Below the pieces are notes generated by a model. That model was not told the origin of the DNA and made no database searches. It saw only the letters and a program-made list of their open reading frames with translations. Position numbers and translations under genes: made by a program. From NCBI GenBank assembly GCA_937959065.1, contig CALGOI010000379.1, positions 2,556 through 66,555 on the forward strand: a stretch of DNA of 64,000 nt. The letters are read 5' to 3'. The stretch comes from an uncultured Ignavibacteriota bacterium (lineage in GTDB: Bacteria; Bacteroidota; Ignavibacteria; Tepidaquicellales; Tepidaquicellaceae). Below, one piece after another: positions 25,466 through 32,771 of this stretch; the first letter of the stretch is position 1, and each line of letters begins with the position of its first letter.

Positions 25466-25521
25466 AACAATGTATAAAGCTAACCCTGCGGGTCGTTTCA
25501 CTTAGCTTTATACTAACCGTT
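25466..25521 (-). repeat. AAC...GTT-closed hairpin overlapping a stop codon
   Basis: It has a 12-bp perfect stem, GTATAAAGCTAA (25472-25483) with TTAGCTTTATAC (25502-25513), with AAC/GTT at the base. TAAC spans the stop. Confidence 0.6.
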
Positions 25522-26044
25522 AGCAAACATTTTCTGCCAACGCGCGGGAATACTCCACCAACTTTGGCGAATTAGGATCGCGGCCATTTCTCGGCATCAT
25601 AGCCAAAGGATGAAAAGGTGTTCCATTTGCATTTAACCCAAAGCATTTAGCACCTTCAAATCTTGGTTTCACTTGCTTAATCCTATCCTTTGCCTGTTTG
25701 AAATTTCCCCAGCAAAATATTACATCATCACAAATGGCCGCTACTTCGTCCAATTTCACATCATTTTCACCTAAAGGATCATCACAAGTTAAAAGCACAT
25801 CTGGCTTAGACGATATGATTGCAAATAAGTTCGTCATATAAAAACCGCCATATCCAAGCACGGTAAGCATCTGAATGAGGTAGCGGATAGTAGTATCATT
25901 CTTTTCGTGATTAGCGGTTGATGGGTTCAATCCAATACACATAGCCAGAGGTTTAGATTCATCCCAAATTCGCCAAAGTTTATATCGGTAGTTTCCACAA
26001 GGTGAAAATTCCGCTCCTGATAAGTCTTTTCCAAATAAGTCCAT
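25520..26044 (-). CDS. DUF1643-family protein
   Basis: CGNYRYKLWRIWDESKPLAMCIGLNPSTANHEKNDTTIRY matches the DUF1643 N-terminal signature. Confidence 0.75.
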   Translation of the reverse strand: MDLFGKDLSGAEFSPCGNYRYKLWRIWDESKPLAMCIGLNPSTANHEKNDTTIRYLIQMLTVLGYGGFYMTNLFAIISSKPDVLLTCDDPLGENDVKLDEVAAICDDVIFCWGNFKQAKDRIKQVKPRFEGAKCFGLNANGTPFHPLAMMPRNGRDPNSPKLVEYSRALAENVC

Positions 26045-26062
26045 CGCTCAAAACGATTTGCT

Positions 26063-26150
26063 AACACGGGCTCAAAAGCAATTGCCTATGAAAGTCCGTG
26101 CTAAATTTGAAGCAGTGTTTAAGGGCAACTGCTTTTAGCCCGATCCCGTT
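26063..26150 (-). repeat. AAC...GTT-closed long bulged hairpin overlapping a stop codon
   Basis: Pairings are CGGGCT/AGCCCG (6 bp), AAAAGCA/TGCTTTT (7 bp), TTGCC/GGCAA (5 bp) and AAC/GTT. There are single-base bulges, including one extra G on the minus strand. Confidence 0.6.
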
Positions 26151-26295
26151 ATAGGGCATTTAAAAAACCCATAAAGCAAACACCAGCAACAAAAGTGTTA
26201 AACATTGCCACTTTATATTTCTTCTTACTATACATCCAAGCTGCACACACTAAGTTAAGTGCAGTTAATAAAATTTGTATCACTATTGTTTCCAT
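26149..26295 (-). CDS. Small two-segment membrane peptide (48 aa), speculative
   Basis: METIVIQILLTALNLVCAAWMYSKKKYKVAMFNTFVAGVCFMGFLNAL. It is below the ORF-track cutoff. Confidence 0.3.
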   Translation of the reverse strand: METIVIQILLTALNLVCAAWMYSKKKYKVAMFNTFVAGVCFMGFLNAL

Positions 26296-26311
26296 AATAA
26301 AAACGCCCTAT

Positions 26312-26435
26312 AACAAAATGTATAGCAAATAGCCGTTATTGAGCTGGTAATCAAACTATTTGCGTGTTTATAAATATTATCTATAATTCATCATTTGTGG
26401 TTATCTATCGGCTACATTGCCATACATAAACCGTT
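26312..26435 (-). repeat. AAC...GTT-closed long imperfect hairpin
   Basis: On the minus strand, ACCCAAC-GGTTTATGTATGGCAAT pairs with ATTTGCTATACATTTT-GTT. This gives ATGTAT/ATACAT and GCAA/TTGC plus G-T pairs. The 7-mer ACCCAAC fits RYYYAAC. Confidence 0.45.
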
Positions 26436-26445
26436 GGGTGTAATG

Positions 26446-26775
26446 CTAAACCCCCGCAAGTTCATATCTACCATTATCACCGTGAGCAAGTAAGTAATAG
26501 TTTTCGAACCATTCGAGGCTACTTTCTAACGCTATATATGTTCTATCCCCACCGTGCCAAACTCGGTAATAGTGGTGTTCAAAATGAATCCAAATCTTAT
26601 CACGGTCTTTTATGTTCGGTTCTACCCAGTATTTGCCTTCTTGAATCCAACCCTTACCTTGTAGGTATTCAGGCGTGAGTTGGTTAAGACCGTGAACAAT
26701 TCTGTTAGCAATCAACTTAACTGCTAATTTGTAAATGCATTGTTTAGCACTGAGCCATTTAATTAAGTTTTTCAT
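26446..26775 (-). CDS. Hypothetical protein
   Basis: 109 aa from the ATG at 26775. Confidence 0.45.
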   Translation of the reverse strand: MKNLIKWLSAKQCIYKLAVKLIANRIVHGLNQLTPEYLQGKGWIQEGKYWVEPNIKDRDKIWIHFEHHYYRVWHGGDRTYIALESSLEWFENYYLLAHGDNGRYELAGV

Positions 26776-26872
26776 TTCAATTCGATTAAGCACTACGCCC
26801 AACAATTGCTATAAAACATAGGGCGTTCGTGCGGTTATTAAAGTGTAGGGTTCTTATCATGTTGTTGGTTTC

Positions 26873-26904
26873 AACGATATGTTCGGCTATCTATGCCCTG
26901 CGTT
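26873..26904 (-). repeat. Weak AACG...CGTT hairpin immediately after a stop codon
   Basis: The minus strand reads TGA-AACGCAGGGCATAGATAGCCGAACATATCGTT, with only a 4-bp base plus GGC/GCC. Confidence 0.25.
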
Positions 26905-27072
26905 TCATAGCATAGCCGTTGTGTGCCATTTATTTTTCTTTGCCAGCTTCATTGTGCCTGTTATCACCTTGTTTAAGGTGGTTGAGGGGCAGCCTATTTC
27001 CTTTTCGATGAAATTAACAGACAATCTATATCTGTTGCTTTTCAGCCATTCGGTTAGTTCTTGGTTATTCAT
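26905..27072 (-). CDS. Small HTH-like protein (array B ORF 1)
   Basis: 55 aa from the internal ATG. LSVNFIEKEIGCPSTTLNKVITG is XRE-like. Confidence 0.35.
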   Translation of the reverse strand: MNNQELTEWLKSNRYRLSVNFIEKEIGCPSTTLNKVITGTMKLAKKNKWHTTAML

Positions 27073-27441
27073 TTCTGCTTTTTGCCGCCAAAACCCCACT
27101 ACCCTCAATCCAGCCGCACCACACAACATAGTGCAAACGTGCGCTTCGCATGAACATACCACACTTTTTCTCCCTTGATAACTACAAGAGAGCACACCTA
27201 ATTCTTATCTATCACCTCGAATTAAGTCTGGCTGACTACGCTGCGTTCTCCCTTACTAACCTGAGTAAACTAATTCTCCTAAGAAGGAGCATCAAGGTCC
27301 GGGGAGGGAAGTGTTCACCCTCGTGTCCGTCTGTCGCTTACTCATTGGCGCTTCAACCTTTCCGGATTTTTTTGGGAGCCGGTGTGCCCCCTGGAAAAAC
27401 CCCTGATCCGAAAACCGTATGTCTGCTATCGGTGGGGGCAT

Positions 27442-27483
27442 AAAAAAGAACCCCCGAACAGGCTTGATAAGTTTCGGAGGTTC
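27442..27483 (-). terminator. Intrinsic terminator (minus strand)
   Basis: The minus strand reads GAACCTCCGAA-loop-TTCGGGGGTTC followed by TTTTTT. Confidence 0.7.
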
Positions 27484-27643
27484 TAATGGTTGGCGGGTTT
27501 CCCTGCCCACACTGGTATTTTGGTAAAGATACTGATTCAGAACTTCGTTATCAACTTACTTAGCCTGTGATAACTTGACAAATCTACAACTTTTGTTGCA
27601 ATGTCAAAGAACTAATACAAAAAGAACGATGAGGTTTCCCTCT

Positions 27644-27877
27644 TTATTGTGTTCGCACAACCTTAAATACGTTAGGCACTGAAGTCTTTTCCAGTTCAAT
27701 ACGCCCCTTGAAGTAGGCATCCTTGCTGACTCCTTCCGCAACATAGTCCGGCACATAGGTGGCAATATACAGATCAGGGCCGGACTTGAGTGTGTGAATA
27801 ACCTTCTGTGCAAATTCCGATACCGAATCGATTGTGTGGTCTTGCTTATTACCGTGTATCATTATTATTCTACTCAT
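27644..27877 (-). CDS. Hypothetical protein
   Basis: 77-aa ORF whose ATG overlaps the stop of the upstream small ORF. Confidence 0.45.
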   Translation of the reverse strand: MSRIIMIHGNKQDHTIDSVSEFAQKVIHTLKSGPDLYIATYVPDYVAEGVSKDAYFKGRIELEKTSVPNVFKVVRTQ

Positions 27878-27998
27878 ATATCCTTCTAAGTATTTTTTCC
27901 ATTACCCGAATAGTCATTGAATTACCGGCTACGGAAAACGCCTGAACAGGATATTCAATACCCGAGCAATCGGTTGCTATATCTATTTGTTCACTCAT
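27870..27998 (-). CDS. Small hypothetical protein (42 aa), speculative
   Basis: MSEQIDIATDCSGIEYPVQAFSVAGNSMTIRVMEKILRRIYE. It fills the gap between two coupled ORFs exactly. Confidence 0.3.
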   Translation of the reverse strand: MSEQIDIATDCSGIEYPVQAFSVAGNSMTIRVMEKILRRIYE

Positions 27999-27999
27999 A

Positions 28000-28191
28000 T
28001 CAATTCAAAAAAATGTAATACGATGCGAAATATCCAATGTAGAACTCTCCCACATGCTCTGCCTTCTTGGTAAGGTGTCCATACTCCATGACTGGGGCAG
28101 TGCTTTTGGTCGAGTAACTTTCCTGAAGACTGTTCAAAAGCTTCAGCGCCTCCACTTTGGCTTTATATGACATCTTGCTATTCTTCATCAT
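28000..28191 (-). CDS. Hypothetical protein
   Basis: 63-aa ORF, coupled. Confidence 0.4.
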   Translation of the reverse strand: MMKNSKMSYKAKVEALKLLNSLQESYSTKSTAPVMEYGHLTKKAEHVGEFYIGYFASYYIFLN

Positions 28192-28748
28192 TCTATTGGC
28201 TTAAGTTCGCAAGTGCATAAACACTTTTGGCACACCGCAACGGGATAATTATAATTGACACCCGGCAAATGATAGAACTTTGCCCCGCAACAAATCGATA
28301 TGAGGCCGGACAATCGTATTTGATCAAGGTAGATTCGGAGGCAGGTTTGACACAGGTTGTCGGGGCTGACACCTGACACCCCCTCATGCTCATCAAAATC
28401 CACAGGCATGTGATTATCATCAAGCAAGTAAAGACGGTGGCAAAGACGGATCGCCCCCTGGTACCGGTAATACGGGCCGTTATACCACCTTTTGGTAAAG
28501 CAATGTATCTTTTTTCCGCCCTCCTCATGTCCGTAATCCCATAAATAAGTATCATCATTGACTATCGTTTTTCCTTGAAACTCTGATACAGCCACGATGG
28601 CAGGATTATCATCCTTGCGTCCACTGCCGAGCCCATTATCTTGTCTTCCCCTATTATCTGTGATCGGGGTATGAACATCGGTTTGTGGGACCTGAGTTCG
28701 GGTATCACCACCTTGTAAGAATTTTCCCTTATCTCCTTTACGTAGCAT
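28188..28748 (-). CDS. Cys-rich hypothetical protein
   Basis: 186-aa ORF. Confidence 0.45.
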   Translation of the reverse strand: MLRKGDKGKFLQGGDTRTQVPQTDVHTPITDNRGRQDNGLGSGRKDDNPAIVAVSEFQGKTIVNDDTYLWDYGHEEGGKKIHCFTKRWYNGPYYRYQGAIRLCHRLYLLDDNHMPVDFDEHEGVSGVSPDNLCQTCLRIYLDQIRLSGLISICCGAKFYHLPGVNYNYPVAVCQKCLCTCELKPIE

Positions 28749-28763
28749 CGTATCTTAACAGTA

Positions 28764-29081
28764 TCAGACATAGCTAAATTCACACTCAATGTTTTCCGGC
28801 TTCGATGAGGCCACCAATACCCGCTGAGGTAACACCATTTGCTCAACCTCATCAGCAAAGTTCCCGAACTCTGCTGTAGGCCGGAAGTGATTGGAGTTAT
28901 ACATGTCCTCCGCCTTTTTCTCCCAAAACACCAGCCACATCAAATTGTCTTCCCTGATAATGTCTTTGATGGTAACTACATCCCCGTAGTTTGGTGGATC
29001 GACAGGCTTATGCCCGCTGCTACACTTCCATGGCCCACGGTGTACACATACTACCTTTTGTCCTATCCTGAAGTTATTCAT
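28764..29081 (-). CDS. Hypothetical protein
   Basis: 105-aa ORF. Confidence 0.45.
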   Translation of the reverse strand: MNNFRIGQKVVCVHRGPWKCSSGHKPVDPPNYGDVVTIKDIIREDNLMWLVFWEKKAEDMYNSNHFRPTAEFGNFADEVEQMVLPQRVLVASSKPENIECEFSYV

Positions 29082-29205
29082 TACTGTAAAAGTTTAGTTC
29101 AAACCAAACCCCCGAAGGGGTGCCCGTCTTTCCGGGCTGTCACTCACGCCTGAGTTAGCGCATCTTAATTTAGCGTTGTTCTACTCTACTCTCAACATTG
29201 CTATG

Positions 29206-29311
29206 TGGCAAGGACAGGACTCGAACCTGCAGATACCGTTTTACATTCATCGCCTACGATAAACACGGTTATCTCTTTTCAGAAGCAAATGCCTAATTTT
29301 GCTACCCTGCC
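29206..29311 (-). ncRNA. tRNA-like element with a non-canonical middle (not a confident tRNA)
   Basis: On the minus strand the acceptor pairs GGCAGGG with CCTTGCC (one G-U). The D-arm is GCAA-AATTAGGCAT-TTGC and the T-arm is GCAGG-TTCGAGT-CCTGT. However, 52 nt lie between the D- and T-arms with no 5-7-5 anticodon arm. Instead there is a 3-bp stem around a CTGAAAA loop and a 9-bp stem, AGAT(A)ACCGT/ACGGTATCT. Confidence 0.4.
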
Positions 29312-29493
29312 ATTTCCCCCGAAGGGGATTACCCTGTCCATTTCCAAGTAATGAAATATAGAGCAAGAAGGGTGATAATGAGCTTTACTACAAACTTGCT
29401 CTGATGGCGGGCTTTATGTCTCTGGTTGAATCGTTATCAGATTACAAGAAACCATTTTTACACATTCAATACTTTCAAAGAACTATCGATCCG

Positions 29494-29772
29494 CTACCAC
29501 CCAAGCAAAGAGGCGTAGCCATCACTCCCAATAACTACACGCCTTTCCTTTGCTAATCTCCTCACCTTCATCTCAACCTTATCTCGTTTTAAGCGGCTCA
29601 GAGCGCTTTTCTTGTCATGGATGAGGTTATATTCATCTATCAGGTCGTTGAGGTCATACAAAGGCTCCTGTGGCTTAACAGGCCCATCATATTCTGCTTC
29701 CAATCGAGGAAGATCCCCCGCCAAGGCTAAACCTATTCCTAAAAGCTCTATGGCATCACGTTTATTCACCAT
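29494..29772 (-). CDS. Hypothetical protein
   Basis: 92-aa ORF. Confidence 0.45.
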   Translation of the reverse strand: MVNKRDAIELLGIGLALAGDLPRLEAEYDGPVKPQEPLYDLNDLIDEYNLIHDKKSALSRLKRDKVEMKVRRLAKERRVVIGSDGYASLLGW

Positions 29773-29986
29773 CTTTCGGTAACGACCTGTAAATTACAGC
29801 AAAATTCCTCACAATATCCAATATGGCACCAGCCTCATCTTCCCACACCTCATCGTGGAAAACAATCGTCTTGTCCGGTTTGATCGTAGCCAACCGGAAA
29901 TCCCCACCACCTTTCTTAATCACTACGCCAATGTCAGACATTCTTCCAGGTATCTGTAGCCGCTCTAATCTCATGTTCCTTGCCAT
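29762..29986 (-). CDS. Hypothetical protein
   Basis: 74-aa ORF overlapping the downstream ORF. Confidence 0.45.
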   Translation of the reverse strand: MARNMRLERLQIPGRMSDIGVVIKKGGGDFRLATIKPDKTIVFHDEVWEDEAGAILDIVRNFAVIYRSLPKDGE

Positions 29987-30016
29987 AGCTAATCCTCCTC
30001 CGTTTATTTACTATTC

Positions 30017-30041
30017 AACAATGCCGCTACATACCATCGTT
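30017..30041 (-). repeat. Mini hairpin AACGATG-11 nt-CATTGTT directly after a stop codon
   Basis: The minus strand reads TAA-AACGATGGTATGTAGCGGCATTGTT-GAAT, a 7-bp stem with one G-T pair. The GTTGAAT that follows fits GTTRRRY. Confidence 0.35.
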
Positions 30042-30707
30042 TTAGCAGACAAAATGATTTTTGTTCTCCGTTTGGCCTACTAATTCTGCATAAGGTGCCC
30101 TTGTCCATTCATCATGATTGAACTCGGCTATGCGCTCAGGAGAAGCTATGCTGACATGAATGCTAAGATTATTACAGCCAAGAGATGCGTGGTATAGCTC
30201 ATAAGTATTCCCGTTGTCGGATTTTGCAAACACATACGTTTTGCCATTCGAGTTCAATAGCTTGGCATCTTCAACGCTGATCTTTAACGTTCTTGCCAGT
30301 CTTTCAGCATCGAAATGATGATTGTAAAACTCATCATCACTTAGTTCTACGTAATGTCCAACGTCACCTTCAGCTTCTTTGAGGCTGTATATTCCGTTAG
30401 ATCTTGCCTCCTCTATTCTGGCTGCTTTTTCTGCTGCTTTTGTCAAGTTAATTGCTATCCTTTCTTCACGCTCTTTTAGCATTTTAAGAAAGTTTGAATA
30501 CTTTTTTTTGGAAACTTTTACGTCACCAATTTTATCATGCTTGATACTGCTGTTGTACTTAGCTCCACGGCCAGAGTAGTATTCTCTGTCGTCAAATTCT
30601 TTTGATTTTCCGTTTGGCAGAATCACCGTTTGGGTGCCTCCCATCTTGTAAGAGTAAGGCCTTTTGAAGTAGTTGAATGCTTGGTTGAATTTTTCTGAAT
30701 TTTTCAT
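30042..30707 (-). CDS. Hypothetical protein
   Basis: 221-aa ORF, preceded by the conserved leader TTAAAACGGAGTAAC. Confidence 0.5.
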   Translation of the reverse strand: MKNSEKFNQAFNYFKRPYSYKMGGTQTVILPNGKSKEFDDREYYSGRGAKYNSSIKHDKIGDVKVSKKKYSNFLKMLKEREERIAINLTKAAEKAARIEEARSNGIYSLKEAEGDVGHYVELSDDEFYNHHFDAERLARTLKISVEDAKLLNSNGKTYVFAKSDNGNTYELYHASLGCNNLSIHVSIASPERIAEFNHDEWTRAPYAELVGQTENKNHFVC

Positions 30708-30916
30708 TGTTACTCCGTTTTAAGTTATTAATTTGTGTTGCTATCTGTTTAACGCCTTTGTTTCTAAAAGGTTGCATTTTTGGTAAGAAATTTTCTGCCG
30801 CTCTTGACAAAATGCCGTTCGCTACTCATTATGTCCTCCTTTCTTTATCCATGCGTCAGCGCATGGTGAACAATCCACACGGACGGCAGGAGCCAACAGG
30901 CCCCAGCCGTTTCGGC

Positions 30917-31351
30917 TTAAATAGTGGTTGGTGTATCCTGGGCGAGGCTTTTGCACTCCGCTTTGTTGACAAAGCCAAGTCGATGCAATTTGTGGATAAT
31001 GGTGTAATTGGTGTGGAATACCATATCCATACCGCTGCCGTGAATGCGGAAAAACCCATTTCGATCACATTTATTGCCCATCGCGTTCATAAATCCAATG
31101 AAATTAAGGTACATGTACTTATTTTTGTGGTGCTTGGATTTTGCGCATTCCAAAAATTTCATCATTCGCGACATCCCAGAAGATGAAACCGATCCAACGC
31201 AGTTGATAACTCGCCCTTCTTTTATGGCTTTAATGTATCGAAAACCATCTTTAACAAATTGCTCGGCATCGTAATAGCTTTCAAGCTTTAAGCGCTTGCA
31301 AATTTCTTTATCCTCAGAAATTCGCTTTAATACTTTCTCTTTTTTTCTCAT
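30917..31351 (-). CDS. Hypothetical protein
   Basis: 144 aa from the ATG at 31351. This start was chosen because the same 15-nt leader precedes it as precedes the ATG at 30707. Confidence 0.45.
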   Translation of the reverse strand: MRKKEKVLKRISEDKEICKRLKLESYYDAEQFVKDGFRYIKAIKEGRVINCVGSVSSSGMSRMMKFLECAKSKHHKNKYMYLNFIGFMNAMGNKCDRNGFFRIHGSGMDMVFHTNYTIIHKLHRLGFVNKAECKSLAQDTPTTI

Positions 31352-31463
31352 GTTACTCCGTTTTAAATGTGTGTGCAATTCCTTTAACGCAATGAGTTGC
31401 GGAAGGGTTACAAAAAAATGAAAAAAAGTTTAGAAATGCCCGTTAACAAAGGGTTGCAGAGCG

Positions 31464-31790
31464 TTAAAATTGGTCGCTTATCTCAACTACCACCTCTTTT
31501 CCAAGCGGTGTTAAATTATATTTGCCCAGTGCAATCCTATATATATAATCCAGTTCGACGAGCCGAAGTAAATTAATGTGTATTCGCTCCGAGGATTGCA
31601 GCGAATGCGGCTTAATGTCTTTCGGTGCCGCCCAAGCCCGGGCGCTCCTGCCTATATTTAGAGCTTTGTATAGCGCCAATAGCGTCCAACCCTCGCCAAG
31701 GGTTATCGGGAAGCTTGTAACAGCGTCCTGAGCTGTTTTGTGGCGGGTGATGGTCTCCTCTATCTTATCTATTCGCTCCTTATCTCTCAT
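31464..31790 (-). CDS. Hypothetical protein, possible winged-helix DNA-binding
   Basis: 108 aa from the ATG at 31790. The upstream extension in the ORF track is Gly/Pro-rich translation of a C-tract region. Confidence 0.4.
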   Translation of the reverse strand: MRDKERIDKIEETITRHKTAQDAVTSFPITLGEGWTLLALYKALNIGRSARAWAAPKDIKPHSLQSSERIHINLLRLVELDYIYRIALGKYNLTPLGKEVVVEISDQF

Positions 31791-32334
31791 TAGGCAAATA
31801 TAGTAAGCGCAACTAATTGCCGCCAAACATACGCGCCCACCAGCCCCCACGCCACCCCCAAACCCCCCAAAATCGGGGTTTTCCCTGCGCAAATCAGGCT
31901 GCAAAAACTTACCCCTTCAACATGTCCAATAATTTATGTTATGTTAAGTTGATAGTTTCGGGGCTCGAAAGGTGTACCCCCTCCCCTACTCTATTCTATG
32001 GAACGGAGAGGCTCAAAAATGGAGGGGGGCGGGTCTCGTTTTTCGGTTTTGATTTTTGGGCGGAGCCCCCGGTTTCATGTCATTAAGTGCGGCCAGAGGT
32101 GTATATGGGGGGTGTCTTAGATAAGTACCTATATTTGCAGGAACCAACGTTCTTTTCATAGATCCAATTTTTGAGTTTAGTTTCAGGTAAACCCCTCGAT
32201 CACTTCGGGGGGTTTCTTGTTTGTTGATTAATACCCCATCGGGTACAATTGTCCGGGATCACCAAGATATTATACCCAAACGGGTATTATATGTCATATC
32301 ACAACATATTACAAAAACTAACTACATTTGCTGT

Positions 32335-32487
32335 ATGAGCATCTTTTTTTCAGATAAGAAAGAAAGCGCAGAGAGACGGTCCGGGTTCATCAGGCGGCTT
32401 ATAAAGCCCGTTAAACGAGCTATACCCGACCGGAAAGAGGCTGAGAAGATACTTCGTACACGTAACTACGAAAGGCTTCTCACATAG
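32335..32487 (+). CDS. Small basic ORF (50 aa), speculative
   Basis: The ATG lies 5 nt after a TACATTTG box (32323-32330). It could equally be the 5' part of a non-coding transcript ending at the 32700 terminator. Confidence 0.25.
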   Translation: MSIFFSDKKESAERRSGFIRRLIKPVKRAIPDRKEAEKILRTRNYERLLT

Positions 32488-32699
32488 CGTTAAGTGAGGG
32501 GGATGCGCATAAGCATAGTGCGGAGGTCTTCGCCACTAAGGGGGAGCCAGTCGCTACACGGGGAGCCCTAACAGCCGGTTTCTGTCGGTGGAATTTATAA
32601 CCCGTGTAAACGATCAAATGGGTCGCATCCGGAAAGTGTAATGCCCTTATGGACTTCAAAGACTGACGGCCCGGAAAGACGGGTTACAGGAAAGAGAAA

Positions 32700-32726
32700 G
32701 CCCCCGGATAACTACCGGGGGCTTTT
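32700..32726. terminator. Strong bidirectional intrinsic terminator
   Basis: GCCCCCGG-ataacta-CCGGGGGC followed by TTTT, with AAAG on the other side. Confidence 0.75.
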
Positions 32727-32771
32727 CACTGATTAACGTTGCGTGTAAAGCGTATGTATTAGAGGGTAAGC

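Noticed and set aside
27073-27442. tmRNA, RNase P RNA or SRP RNA in the ORF-free region
   Set aside because: I could not find the defining conserved blocks on either strand. These are GAGGAAAGUCCGGGC-type P4 for RNase P, a tag ORF plus tRNA-Ala-like ends for tmRNA, and the SRP domain IV motif. The region is kept only as an unexplained non-coding stretch.
27497-27512. Third partial copy of the inverted repeat (shared 9-mer CCCACACTG)
   Set aside because: Only 9 nt match, with no flanking similarity. A 9-mer match is expected by chance in a 64-kb window searched on two strands.
29206-29311. Calling this a standard tRNA (for example Phe-GAA, from the CTGAAAA loop) or a suppressor tRNA
   Set aside because: No 5-bp anticodon stem can be formed and the element is 106 nt long. 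All long ORFs in the window are intact under the standard code, so there is no sign of stop-codon recoding that would call for a suppressor.
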